Shown here piece by piece: positions 25,867-36,014 of a stretch of 64,000 bases of DNA. Both the position numbers and the translations under genes were made by a program. Under the pieces are notes generated by a model. That model ran no database searches. It was not told where the DNA came from and saw only the letters and a list, made by a program, of their open reading frames with translations. The stretch's first letter is position 1. Every line of letters begins with the position of its first letter. This DNA comes from an uncultured Eubacteriales bacterium (lineage in GTDB: Bacteria > Bacillota > Clostridia > Oscillospirales > Acutalibacteraceae), in assembly GCA_934445015.1 (NCBI GenBank), contig CAKSDJ010000001.1:17985-81984 (forward strand). The letters run 5' to 3'.

Positions 25867-28119
25867 ATGAAATTCACGGCAAACTTTATTAAAGCAACGG
25901 AATCGTTTAATACTTTTGAAAAAAATGTTCCGGCACCGTATTTCAGAAAAAGTTTTAATACCAAAGCCGCATCACAAGCAGAAATAAAAGTTGCTGTATG
26001 CGGATTTTATAAACTTTTCATAAACGGCAAAGATGTTACCAAAGGTGCTTTGGCGCCTTATATAAGCAATCCCGATGATATTGTTTACTGCGATTGTTAC
26101 ACCGTAGATCTAAAACGCGGTAAAAATGTTATAGGCATTGTGTTGGGCAACGGGTTTATAAATAATCCTGGCGGTTGGATCTGGTTGTTTGACAAGGCAA
26201 AATTCCGCTCGGCACCGTATTTTGCACTGCAGCTTACCAGCGGCGACTTTACGCTTGAAAGTGATGAAAGTTTCAAATGCGCGCCCTCGCCAATTATTTT
26301 TGACGATTACCGCTACGGCGAGCATTATGACGCCAACCTTGAACTTGCCGGTTGGAATTTGCCGGATTTTGACGACAGCAGCTGGGCAAACGCATTGCCT
26401 GCGAAAAGACCTTCAGGTGAAATTCGCCTTTGCGAAGCCGAACCCATAACCGTAGCAAAGACGCTTAAACCCGTAAGCTTTAAAAAGGTTGACAATGGTT
26501 ATTTATATGACTTCGGTCAAAACTGTTCGGGCGTTTGCCGCCTTAACATAAACGGTAAAAAGGGTCAGGTTGTTGAACTTCAGCACGGCGAACTGCTCAT
26601 TGACGGTAAAATGGATATCGAATATATCTGGTTCCCGTATAATGAAAAAGGTGTTCATTGGGATTACGATAAAAAATTTGTTCACAAAGACATTTATGTT
26701 TGCAAGGGTGAAAAAAATGAAACGTATATACCGTCATTTACATACCACGGCTTTCAGTATGTAACGGTATACGGCATCACCGAAGAACAGGCAACCGAGG
26801 ACTTACTTACATACCTTGTTATGAATTCGGATTTGAAACAATGCGGCAGTTTTTCTACAAGCAACAAAACGGTTGCCGCATTGTATGACGCTGCAATCCG
26901 CTCGGATCTTGCCAATTTTTATTATTTTCCTACAGACTGCCCCCAACGCGAAAAAAACGGCTGGACTGCCGACGCGTCGCTTTCAAGCGAGCAGATTATG
27001 CTTAATTTTGACGCGTCTGTAAGTTTTCGTGAATGGTTGCGCAACATTTGCAAAGCGCAAAACAACCTCGGCGCCTTGCCGGGCATTATACCCACAACCG
27101 GAGGTTTCGGTTATGACTGGGGCAACGGGCCCGCGTGGGACAGCGTGCTTGCATACTTACCTTATTACTGCTACAAATACCGCGGTGATAAGCAAGTAAT
27201 ACGCGAGTGCTCGCAAGCGTTTATCAAATATTTAAAATATCTCAAAACACGCAGCAATAAAGACGGACTGCTTGAAATAGGGCTCGGCGATTGGTGCCAG
27301 ATAGGCGAAAGATATGAAGAAATAAAAGCGCCGCTGATTGTTACCGACACCATTATGGCTATTGATATTGCAAACAAAACAGCATTTATGTTAAGCGAGA
27401 TAGGTTTAAAAGACGAGTCTGATTTTGCACGTTCAATGTCCGCCGAATACAGGCGCTGTTTCAGAGAAAATCTGATTGATTTTAAAACAATGACGGTAAG
27501 CGGCGCTTGCCAAACAAGTCAGGCTATGGCGATTTACTACGGTATTTTGGACAAAAGCGAGAAAAAGGCGGCGTTTGAACGCTTACTTGATTTTATAAAA
27601 GCGGCAGACGACCATATAGACTCAGGAGTTTTGGGAGCGCGAATAATCTTTAGGCTCTTATCGGATTTCGGGTACAGTGATTTGGCATTTAAAATGATTA
27701 CACGACCTGATTTTCCGTCATACGCCTATAACTGCCTGACTTTGAACCTTAACACGCTGCCCGAAAAGTTCAGCAAAGAACCTGTTGACTCGCTTAACCA
27801 TCATTTTTGGGGTGATGTGATAGCGTGGTTTACAATATATCTCGCCGGTCTTAACTATAACCCCGATGCCGATGATTTGAACCGAATAGATATTACACCG
27901 CATATTGTTGACGGTCTTGCCGACGCCGCAGCGCATTATGACAGCGTTTCAGGCAAAATCAAGACATCATGGGTAAAAATAGAAAACGGCAACGTTGAAC
28001 TGAAAGTTACCGTTCCGCAGGGTATGCACGGAGTAATCAAACCGCAAAACGGATACATATTTGCCGACGGCACTTCTGAAAAACCTGCCGCAAGCGGTGT
28101 ATACACCCTTGTAAAATAA
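25867..28119 (+). CDS. GH78-like glycoside hydrolase (alpha-L-rhamnosidase family architecture)
   Basis: The N-terminal block (GFYKLFINGKDV) is rhamnosidase-like. The six-hairpin catalytic-domain motif FPTDCPQREKNGWTADA corresponds to the GH78 motif DCPQRDERLGWTGD. Confidence 0.8.
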   Translation: MKFTANFIKATESFNTFEKNVPAPYFRKSFNTKAASQAEIKVAVCGFYKLFINGKDVTKGALAPYISNPDDIVYCDCYTVDLKRGKNVIGIVLGNGFINNPGGWIWLFDKAKFRSAPYFALQLTSGDFTLESDESFKCAPSPIIFDDYRYGEHYDANLELAGWNLPDFDDSSWANALPAKRPSGEIRLCEAEPITVAKTLKPVSFKKVDNGYLYDFGQNCSGVCRLNINGKKGQVVELQHGELLIDGKMDIEYIWFPYNEKGVHWDYDKKFVHKDIYVCKGEKNETYIPSFTYHGFQYVTVYGITEEQATEDLLTYLVMNSDLKQCGSFSTSNKTVAALYDAAIRSDLANFYYFPTDCPQREKNGWTADASLSSEQIMLNFDASVSFREWLRNICKAQNNLGALPGIIPTTGGFGYDWGNGPAWDSVLAYLPYYCYKYRGDKQVIRECSQAFIKYLKYLKTRSNKDGLLEIGLGDWCQIGERYEEIKAPLIVTDTIMAIDIANKTAFMLSEIGLKDESDFARSMSAEYRRCFRENLIDFKTMTVSGACQTSQAMAIYYGILDKSEKKAAFERLLDFIKAADDHIDSGVLGARIIFRLLSDFGYSDLAFKMITRPDFPSYAYNCLTLNLNTLPEKFSKEPVDSLNHHFWGDVIAWFTIYLAGLNYNPDADDLNRIDITPHIVDGLADAAAHYDSVSGKIKTSWVKIENGNVELKVTVPQGMHGVIKPQNGYIFADGTSEKPAASGVYTLVK

Positions 28120-28131
28120 AAATATCAAAAC

Positions 28132-28166
28132 AAAAAGTTCTGCCATACACGGCAGAACTTTTTTTA
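28132..28166. terminator. Bidirectional rho-independent terminator
   Basis: AGTTCTGCC-ATACAC-GGCAGAACT, flanked by A and T tracts, between convergent genes. Confidence 0.8.
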
Positions 28167-28844
28167 TTTCAGTTTCAGACTTTTCAGGTATTCTTTTTGA
28201 GTATCGGTTATGCGGTAACTTTCAACGGCTTTTTGTATTGTTTTGTTATGCACCCATTTTGAAAGGCGGTTTTTTTCAATAAACAAAACGGCGCTTTCAT
28301 ACTGCTTGGCAAGTGCTGTTGCAAAAAACCACGCTATCATCATATTTATGTAGTATTCATCGCTTTTGATTTGTGAAACGCGCTCTAAAAATTTTATATC
28401 AAACCTGTCATCCAAAAAATACGTCATTATTGCGCCAATGCCGAATCTTACGGTGTAGGTATGATTGCTGCAAAGCCATTTTTCAATATAAGGCAGCAAT
28501 TGCTCTGCGTTTTTTCTGAACGTTTTGGGTTTCATACAGTCGCAGGTTGCCCAATTATCTACAAATGGCAAAAATGCGTCGACCTGTGCCGCGCAAACGT
28601 CAAAATCGGCTGTCTGCTCCAAAATAAAGGCGTGAAGATTATTTTCTTCATAATATTTATGCGGCAGCGTTTTTATAAATCCGTCGGTTTTTTTATCACG
28701 CGCAAGTTGTTTTGCCAACGCCCTGACGTCGGGTGTGCGAACGCCGATAACCGTATCGGGATCTACGGTAGGCATAAGTTTGCATTGAAAATTTTTGTAG
28801 TTCGAATCGCTTAAATCAAAAAGCGTTTTTGTTATTGAGTCCAT
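28164..28844 (-). CDS. DNA alkylation repair protein (AlkD-like HEAT-repeat family)
   Basis: NYKNFQCKLMPTVDPDTVIGVRTPDVRALAKQL and the helical-repeat composition are typical of the family. Confidence 0.85.
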   Translation of the reverse strand: MDSITKTLFDLSDSNYKNFQCKLMPTVDPDTVIGVRTPDVRALAKQLARDKKTDGFIKTLPHKYYEENNLHAFILEQTADFDVCAAQVDAFLPFVDNWATCDCMKPKTFRKNAEQLLPYIEKWLCSNHTYTVRFGIGAIMTYFLDDRFDIKFLERVSQIKSDEYYINMMIAWFFATALAKQYESAVLFIEKNRLSKWVHNKTIQKAVESYRITDTQKEYLKSLKLK

Positions 28845-28858
28845 TTTGCCGCACCGTT

Positions 28859-29452
28859 TTACTGCAAAGCGAGTTCGGCGACTTCGCGTATTTCCTGTAT
28901 GCCTATGTTTTTAAGTGCCGAAAACGGTATTATTTTTATACCTTCGGCAAGAGAGCCCAACTCGGTTTTTAAATCTGCCAACCGATTTGAAAACTTGGTT
29001 TTATTAAGTTTGTCGCACTTTGTAAGTACAACAGCGTACGGTATTTTAAAATGCGACAAAAACTCAAGCATTGAAATATCAAACTCAGTTGCCGGATGGC
29101 GCATATCAATAAGTTGCAGACAAAGTTTTATATTGCGCCCTGTCTGAAAATAACCCTCGATAAGTTCTGACCAGCGTTCACGGTCGCGGTCGGACACTTT
29201 AGCGTAACCGTAGCCCGGCAGGTCAACAAGCCTTAGGCCGTCAAGTCTGTAAAAATTCACTGTTACCGTTTTGCCGGGCGTAGAACTTACGCGCGCTATT
29301 GACTTGCGATTAAGCAACTTATTTATAAGTGAGGATTTGCCGACATTTGACCTGCCTGAAAAACATATTTCAGGCAAATCTGAACTTTTAAGCTGTTCTA
29401 AAGTGCCGAAAGCCGCCTCAAATTCAACCTTGTTCCAATTCAAAACAGTCAC
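28859..29452 (-). CDS. engB: Ribosome biogenesis GTP-binding protein EngB/YsxC
   Basis: GRSNVGKSSLINKL (G1), DLPGYGYA (G3) and TKCDK (G4). The gene follows lon, as in Bacillus. Confidence 0.93.
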   Translation of the reverse strand: MTVLNWNKVEFEAAFGTLEQLKSSDLPEICFSGRSNVGKSSLINKLLNRKSIARVSSTPGKTVTVNFYRLDGLRLVDLPGYGYAKVSDRDRERWSELIEGYFQTGRNIKLCLQLIDMRHPATEFDISMLEFLSHFKIPYAVVLTKCDKLNKTKFSNRLADLKTELGSLAEGIKIIPFSALKNIGIQEIREVAELALQ

Positions 29453-29453
29453 C

Positions 29454-31850
29454 TCAATTTCTTATAGCGGCTGTTTTATGCTCACTGTGATGCTGTATAT
29501 AGCTTTCGCCTTTAACACCGCTGTCTATCGGCAAAAGTGCGCAGTCTATAATATCGCTTACATATTTTACCGGTACAAACTCAAGATTTTCGCGTACCTT
29601 TTCATCGACTTCATCAATATCGGGTATGTTGTCATAAGGTATAAATACACGTTTAACGCCACCGCGGTAAGCCGCCATTGCTTTTTCTTTAAGACCGCCT
29701 ATCGGCAACACCCTGCCCCTTATTGATACTTCACCCGTCATAGCAATGTCACGGCGGACAGGTCTTTCGGTAAGAGCGGATACCAAAGCGGTTGTAATTG
29801 TTACGCCTGCCGACGGGCCGTCTTTAGGTACGGCGGATTCGGTAGCGTGTATGTGTATGTCGCGGTTTTTATAAAACTCGTTGTCAATGCCGTATTTTTT
29901 TGCGTTTGCGCGCACAAAAGTAATAGCCGCCTGCGCGGATTCTTTCATAACGTTACCGAGATTTCCGGTAAAAACGGTTTTGCCGGTGCCCTTCAATACG
30001 GCAACTTCCATTTGCATTATTTCGCCGCCGACCTGCGTCCAGGCAAGTCCGTTTATAACACCTACCTCATCCTGAGGCAAAATCATTTCGGGGCGGTATT
30101 TTTTGTGCCCTAACATATTCTCTAAATCCGACGCCTTAATATTAACGGCATCGGCGCTGCCGTCGGCTATTTTGCGAGCCGCCTTGCCGCAAAGCGAACC
30201 TACCGTACGCTGTAATTTGCGCACGCCTGCTTCACGGGTATAAAAATCTATGATACCGTAAAGTGCGCTGTCGGCAAAACGGCAATTTTTAGGCGACAAA
30301 CCGTGCGATTTTATTTCATTCGGCACAATGTGGCGCTTTGCAATATTGAATTTTTCTTCTCGGGTATAACCGTCAAGCGATATTACTTCCATACGGTCAA
30401 GCAGAGGCGCAGGAATAGTTTCAAGCAAATTTGCCGTTGTGATAAACACCACTCGGCTTAAATCGTACGGTATTTCAAGAAAATTATCCGTAAAATTGCA
30501 GTTTTGCTCGGGGTCAAGCACCTCAAGCAATGCGCTTGCAGGGTCGCCCTTGTAATCAGAGCCGAGTTTATCGATCTCATCAAGCAATATTAACGGGTCA
30601 GACGTACCCGCATTTTTGATTGCGGTTATAATCTTGCCCGTCATAGCGCCTATGTAAGTTTTTCTGTGACCGCGTATTTCAGCCTCATCGTGCATACCGC
30701 CGAGCGATATGCGCTGATATTTTCTGCCCATACATTCGGCAACCGTTTTGCCTATTGAGGTTTTGCCGACCCCCGGAGGGCCCGCAAGACAAAGTATGTT
30801 GCTGTGGCTTTCGGGCGATAAGGCGTAAACCGAAAGCATTTCTAAAATGCGCTCTTTAACCTTTTTCATACCGTAAAAATCACGGTCGAGTATTTTTTGC
30901 GCCTTTGATATGCTCACCTTTGAATTGTCGCACTTGTTCCACGGCAGAGCCAAGCAGGTTTCAATGTATGCGCGTGAAACGGTACCCTCATGCGCGCCCT
31001 GCGGCATTTTGCCGAGTTTATTGATTTCTGTATGAATTTTTTCTTTTACATCTTCGGGCGCATCTAAAGCGTCGGCACTGCGGTGGTACGCTTCGATTTC
31101 ATCTTCAAAATCGTCGCCGTACAGTTCTTCGCTTATTACGCGCATTTGTTCCTTTAAATAATAATCCCTCTGGCTCTCATCAATACGCACACGGGTCTTT
31201 TGACCTATGCGGTTATCTATTTCGCAGACTTCACGCTCTTTTGACAAAAGTTCAAGCAAAATTTTAGCCCTTGTTACAGGGTGTAACTGCTCAAGTATAT
31301 ATTGTTTATCATCAAAAGGCGCAGGAATATTAAAGGCGATAAAATCACATAAAAAACTTATATCTTCGCTTGTAGCAACGGTAAGCGGAATATCACCGGG
31401 TATATTCGGTGCAACCGAAACATACCGTTCAAACTCATTTTTAATGCGGCGAATTAAACTCTCTTTATAAACCTGACGGTTTTTGACGGGTTTATCATCG
31501 CATCTTGTAATGCCTGCAATATAATGTGTACCGCCGTCGGCAAAAGTTTTATGCTTTGCGCGATACAGACCCTTAACCAAAACTTTTGCGCCGCCGTCGG
31601 GCATTTTTAAGACCTGACGCACACGGCAAAGGCAACCTATTTCATAAAGTTGTGACATAGTGGGATTTTCAGCCGTTATGTCTTTTTGGGTCACCAGATA
31701 AACAGGCAGGTTTTTATCTATGGCATAATTTATGGCGTTTATGGATTTTTTTCGCCCCACGTCTAAAGTTATCTCCATACGCGGAAAAGCAACCACTCCG
31801 CGAAGCGCCACTGCCGGAAAAACGGCAAGTTCATTTTTTTCTGAAATCAT
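29454..31850 (-). CDS. lon: ATP-dependent Lon protease (LonA)
   Basis: LON N-domain, AAA+ Walker A GPPGVGKTS, and a protease domain with PKDGPSAGVT (catalytic Ser). Confidence 0.97.
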   Translation of the reverse strand: MISEKNELAVFPAVALRGVVAFPRMEITLDVGRKKSINAINYAIDKNLPVYLVTQKDITAENPTMSQLYEIGCLCRVRQVLKMPDGGAKVLVKGLYRAKHKTFADGGTHYIAGITRCDDKPVKNRQVYKESLIRRIKNEFERYVSVAPNIPGDIPLTVATSEDISFLCDFIAFNIPAPFDDKQYILEQLHPVTRAKILLELLSKEREVCEIDNRIGQKTRVRIDESQRDYYLKEQMRVISEELYGDDFEDEIEAYHRSADALDAPEDVKEKIHTEINKLGKMPQGAHEGTVSRAYIETCLALPWNKCDNSKVSISKAQKILDRDFYGMKKVKERILEMLSVYALSPESHSNILCLAGPPGVGKTSIGKTVAECMGRKYQRISLGGMHDEAEIRGHRKTYIGAMTGKIITAIKNAGTSDPLILLDEIDKLGSDYKGDPASALLEVLDPEQNCNFTDNFLEIPYDLSRVVFITTANLLETIPAPLLDRMEVISLDGYTREEKFNIAKRHIVPNEIKSHGLSPKNCRFADSALYGIIDFYTREAGVRKLQRTVGSLCGKAARKIADGSADAVNIKASDLENMLGHKKYRPEMILPQDEVGVINGLAWTQVGGEIMQMEVAVLKGTGKTVFTGNLGNVMKESAQAAITFVRANAKKYGIDNEFYKNRDIHIHATESAVPKDGPSAGVTITTALVSALTERPVRRDIAMTGEVSIRGRVLPIGGLKEKAMAAYRGGVKRVFIPYDNIPDIDEVDEKVRENLEFVPVKYVSDIIDCALLPIDSGVKGESYIQHHSEHKTAAIRN

Positions 31851-31864
31851 TTGAAGCTCCTGTT

Positions 31865-32413
31865 TTAATCCTTATATATAACTGTTGCGCTTAATGCGTT
31901 TTCCTCAAAAACAAATAAAACGCAGTTGTTTTCAAATTTGTACTCTAAAACGGTAAGCGAGCCGCCCGACGGCAAAAAGAACAGTTCGCCCGATTTTGCG
32001 TCACGTTCATTTGCGTCAAAGCCCATTTTACTCATTGCGTCGCGCACCTGTGTAGATACGCTTCCCTGAGAAAATCCGTAAGCGTCACCGTATTTTACAA
32101 TATGCGTAATGCCGGCAGCCTCATCATCGGTTTTGTAACAGCAGCATCCCGTACCGTCGGTCATAACGGTATAATCACCCGCCTCATAGTCAAAATAGAG
32201 CGAGTTGCCGTCCTCATCAACGGTTTTTGAAAACTCTGCTTTTACATCTTCAACATTATCGCCGAGTTTTAAATCAGCGTCTGATATCTGACCGAGTTTT
32301 GCGTAGTATTCAACATCTACGCTGTGTTTTGCGTTGCTGCTGCCTTTTTTATCGCAGGCTGTAAGCCCGGACACCAGCAATACGCACATAACCAGACTTA
32401 AAAATCTTTTCAT
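31865..32413 (-). CDS. Hypothetical lipoprotein
   Basis: It has a lipobox (VSGLTAC). I recognise no family. It contains an unusual GCCCY triplet. Confidence 0.7.
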   Translation of the reverse strand: MKRFLSLVMCVLLVSGLTACDKKGSSNAKHSVDVEYYAKLGQISDADLKLGDNVEDVKAEFSKTVDEDGNSLYFDYEAGDYTVMTDGTGCCCYKTDDEAAGITHIVKYGDAYGFSQGSVSTQVRDAMSKMGFDANERDAKSGELFFLPSGGSLTVLEYKFENNCVLFVFEENALSATVIYKD

Positions 32414-32415
32414 AA

Positions 32416-33864
32416 TTATTTTCCTTTTCTGTTTGCGTTATTAAGCAGCTCGCTACGCTGATTCCAAAGGTCCTCGCTCAAATCAACATAATAGCTGTGC
32501 GGTTTTTCAAAACGTTTTACCTCGTCCCAAAGGTTGTCTACCGATTTTTTGCGCAGATCCGAAATCTCGCTTACCGACGGAGAGGTGTATATCTGTTTGC
32601 CCTTTTCAAAAATCTTGACCTGCAGTTTTTTTGCAATAAAATCGGTTACTGTTTTGCGCTTCCAAGTGTATGTCGGGTCAAAAATTTCATAAGGTTTGCT
32701 GTCGTCTATTTTTTCATAATTAAGAGTAATAACGTCGGCTATTGCTTTGTTTGTTTTTTTGTCATACAAACGCCATGGAATTTTTACGCCGGGTATTGTG
32801 ATTTTTGAGGTGTTTTCGCTGATCTTTATTTTAGGGGTTATGACACCGTCTTTTTCGGTAGCACAGAGTTTGTAAACGCCGCCGAAAACCGCTTCGCTTG
32901 ACGCAGTGATAAGGCGCTCGCCCACACCGTAACTATCAATGCAGGCGCCCTGCATATCCATATCCATAATAAGATATTCGTCAAGTGAATTTGAAACGCA
33001 TATTTTTGCGTCTGGGTAGCCGGCGTCATCAAGCATTTTGCGCGTCTTTTTAGACAGGTAGGCAATATCGCCGCTGTCGATACGGATACCGAGAGGTCGT
33101 ATTCCGAGAGGTTTTAACACCTCGTCAAAAACGCGGATTGCGTTAGGTACGCCCGATTTTAAAACGTTATAAGTGTCAACAAGCAGCATACAACTGTCGG
33201 GATATTTTTCGGCATAGGTTTTAAATGCGGTATATTCATCGGGGAACAGCTGCACCCAACTGTGAGCCATAGTACCCGACGCCTTTGTTCCGAAATCTTT
33301 TGCGGTTTTTATGTCTGAAGTGCCTGCACAACCGCCTATTATAGCCGCGCGTGCACCGTAATATGCGGCGTCTGCGCCCTGCGCGCGCCTTGCACCGAAC
33401 TCCATAACAGGTCTGCCCTTTGCCGCACGTACAATGCGGTTTGCTTTTGTTGCAATCAACGACTGATGGTTAATCGTAAGCAATACCATTGTTTCAACAA
33501 GCATTGCCTGCACTGCCGGTCCGCGCACCGTTACTATAGGCTCGTTGGGGAATATGGGGGTGCCTTCGGGAACTGCCCATACGTCGCAGCAAAAATTGAA
33601 ATCGCGCAAATAGTCTATAAACTCATCGCAGAACAGGTCAAGCGATTTTAAATATTCAATGTCGCTTTCGTCAAAGTGCAGATTGTTGAAATAATCTATA
33701 AGTTGCTCAATGCCTGCCATTATGGCGTATCCGCCCATATCGGGTATTTTGCGGAAAAACATATCAAAATACGTAACTGTGTCGCGCATATCGCTTTGCA
33801 TTATGCCGTTTGCCATAGTCATTTCATACAGGTCCATAAGCATAGTCAAATTTCGGTTATCCAT
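32416..33864 (-). CDS. pncB: Nicotinate phosphoribosyltransferase
   Basis: LTMLMDLYEMTMANG.. N-terminus, GTMAHSWVQ, and the ~480-aa length are typical of Firmicute PncB. Confidence 0.93.
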   Translation of the reverse strand: MDNRNLTMLMDLYEMTMANGIMQSDMRDTVTYFDMFFRKIPDMGGYAIMAGIEQLIDYFNNLHFDESDIEYLKSLDLFCDEFIDYLRDFNFCCDVWAVPEGTPIFPNEPIVTVRGPAVQAMLVETMVLLTINHQSLIATKANRIVRAAKGRPVMEFGARRAQGADAAYYGARAAIIGGCAGTSDIKTAKDFGTKASGTMAHSWVQLFPDEYTAFKTYAEKYPDSCMLLVDTYNVLKSGVPNAIRVFDEVLKPLGIRPLGIRIDSGDIAYLSKKTRKMLDDAGYPDAKICVSNSLDEYLIMDMDMQGACIDSYGVGERLITASSEAVFGGVYKLCATEKDGVITPKIKISENTSKITIPGVKIPWRLYDKKTNKAIADVITLNYEKIDDSKPYEIFDPTYTWKRKTVTDFIAKKLQVKIFEKGKQIYTSPSVSEISDLRKKSVDNLWDEVKRFEKPHSYYVDLSEDLWNQRSELLNNANRKGK

Positions 33865-33902
33865 TTTTACAATCTCCTTTTATAAAAAGATGAATTTATT
33901 AT

Positions 33903-35591
33903 TTACATCTTTTCGGGCGCTGTGATCTTCAGCATATCAAGAACGTTTTTTATTACAATACCGGCAGCATAGCACAGGTTGAGTCGTGCCTGCGTAAGTG
34001 ATTCATCATCGCCTTTTACGCGGCAGGCAGCATAAAACTTGTGAAACTTTGTTGCAAGTTCATTTACATAATGGGTAAGGCGTGCAGGGTCATAGGTCTT
34101 TGCAGCCGAAATTATCTCGTCTGTAAGTGACGATAAATGAATTATAAGTTCACGCTCCTCAGGCGCAGTAAGCAGGCAAAGTTCGGCATTTGTGCAATTG
34201 CGTTTTTGCACGCCGTCTTCGGCAAGATTGCGCAAAATGCTGCATATACGGGCATAGGCATATTGAACATAATACACCGGATTGCTGTTTGACTCGCTGA
34301 CAGCCAGATCCAAGTCAAAATCAAAGTGTGAATTTGGCTCGCGCAGGTTAAAGAAAAATCTTGCGGCGTCAATAGGTACCTCGTCAAGCAGTGTTACAAG
34401 CGTAATGGCCTTGCCCGAACGTTTTGATGCCTTTACAACCTCACCGTCGCGCACAAGACGCACCATTTGCATAAGCACGGCGTCAAGGCGTGTTGCGTCA
34501 ACATTAAGCGCCGTAAGCGCCGCCTTAAGACGCGGCACATATCCGTGATGGTCGGCGCCCAGAACGTCGATTGCCTTATCAAATTTGCGCACCTCTAACT
34601 TATTGTAATGATACGCTATATCAGGCACAACATAAGTAGGAACACCGTTTGCGCGCACAAGCACAAAGTCCTTATCGCAACCGAAATCGGTGGCTTTAAA
34701 CCAAAGTGCGCCCTCCATAGTATAGGTGTATCCGCTTTGTTTTAAAAGTTCGATTATACGCGCGGTTTCACCGTTTTTATGGAGCGTGCTTTCGCAGAAC
34801 CAGGTGTCATATTTTATACGGTATTTAAGCAGGTCGTCTTTAAGACCCTGTATGTTTTTTGGCAGGGCAAATTCTACCAAAGCATTTCTGCGGGTCGTTT
34901 CGTCGCAATTTATATATTTGTCGCCGTTTATTTTTGCAAATGCTTTTGCGTGCTCGATAATATCGTTACCGTGGTAAGAATCCTCAGGCATTTCTATGCC
35001 GTCTTTATAAAGTTGTTGATACCTAAGGCTTAGCGACAGACCGAACTTATTTATTTGATTACCGGCGTCATTTATATAAAACTCGCGCTCGGTATAATAG
35101 CCTGCCGCCTCCAGAACAGCGGCAAGACAATCACCCAAAGCGCCGCCGCGGGCATTGCCTATGTGCATAGGACCTGTAGGATTTGCCGAAACAAATTCAA
35201 CGAGCACGCGTTTGCCGCCGCCGTAATTGCTTTTGCCGTAGTCTGCGCCCTTGTCAATAACATCGGATACAATGCCGGCGTAATACATATCCGACAAAAA
35301 GAAGTTAATAAAACCGGGCCCCGCAATCTCGTATTTTTCAATATATGTACCGTTTAAGTCGGCATAAGATAATATTTTTTCGGCTATGGCACGGGGAGCC
35401 GATTTAAAACCCCTTGCCCAAACCATTGCGGCATTTACGGCGTAATCGCCGTTTTTGCGGTCGGCAGGCACTTCTACCTTAAAGGGTGCCAGTTCGCAAT
35501 CGGGCAAATCGCCGTTTTTTATAGCGGTATGCGCCGCATTTATAAGCAAATTTTCTATCTGTGTTTTTGCTTTATCCACAAGTTTTGACAT
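33903..35591 (-). CDS. argS: Arginine--tRNA ligase
   Basis: SANPTGPMHIGNARG (HIGH region), a KMSK-like SKRSGK motif, and the C-terminal DALR anticodon-binding domain. Confidence 0.97.
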   Translation of the reverse strand: MSKLVDKAKTQIENLLINAAHTAIKNGDLPDCELAPFKVEVPADRKNGDYAVNAAMVWARGFKSAPRAIAEKILSYADLNGTYIEKYEIAGPGFINFFLSDMYYAGIVSDVIDKGADYGKSNYGGGKRVLVEFVSANPTGPMHIGNARGGALGDCLAAVLEAAGYYTEREFYINDAGNQINKFGLSLSLRYQQLYKDGIEMPEDSYHGNDIIEHAKAFAKINGDKYINCDETTRRNALVEFALPKNIQGLKDDLLKYRIKYDTWFCESTLHKNGETARIIELLKQSGYTYTMEGALWFKATDFGCDKDFVLVRANGVPTYVVPDIAYHYNKLEVRKFDKAIDVLGADHHGYVPRLKAALTALNVDATRLDAVLMQMVRLVRDGEVVKASKRSGKAITLVTLLDEVPIDAARFFFNLREPNSHFDFDLDLAVSESNSNPVYYVQYAYARICSILRNLAEDGVQKRNCTNAELCLLTAPEERELIIHLSSLTDEIISAAKTYDPARLTHYVNELATKFHKFYAACRVKGDDESLTQARLNLCYAAGIVIKNVLDMLKITAPEKM

Positions 35592-36014
35592 CTATTTTCT
35601 TTCCTCCACAACGATTTCGATGGTGTTGTCGCTAAGTCTTTGCATATTTGCGTCTATTGTATAAACCATTTTTAAAGTTCCGCCGTTTTCGCTTAAACCG
35701 TTTTCTACTTTTCTGCCGTAAATGCCGAGCGCCAAAGAACCCTGCGGTATTGAGTAAAAACAGTTTCTGCGCATACCCTCAGTTATTATAAATTTAGAAT
35801 TGAGGTCGCCGCTTCGCTCTAAAATGACCGTGTTGTTGTTCATTACGGTAAGGCAGGTATTGATGCGGCCGCCCTTGATAGTTTGGCTTTCCTGATAGTT
35901 AAGCGCTATTCCGTCGGGCAGTACCCTGAGCGTACCCTCTGTAATCAACTCTATGGGTAAGGTATCTGCTCCGCCGATTTGCGTACCCCTTACTTTTATC
36001 AATACATCCTTCAT
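35592..36014 (-). CDS. DUF1934 (YwiB-like) beta-barrel protein
   Basis: Size, composition and position directly upstream of argS match the conserved DUF1934-argS pairing in Firmicutes. Confidence 0.8.
   Translation of the reverse strand: MKDVLIKVRGTQIGGADTLPIELITEGTLRVLPDGIALNYQESQTIKGGRINTCLTVMNNNTVILERSGDLNSKFIITEGMRRNCFYSIPQGSLALGIYGRKVENGLSENGGTLKMVYTIDANMQRLSDNTIEIVVEERK

Noticed and set aside
28795-28812. A tRNA T-loop-like string, AGTTCGAATCG.
   Set aside because: It lies in frame inside the AlkD-like CDS. No acceptor, D or anticodon arms can be drawn around it. I found no tRNA genes anywhere in the window.
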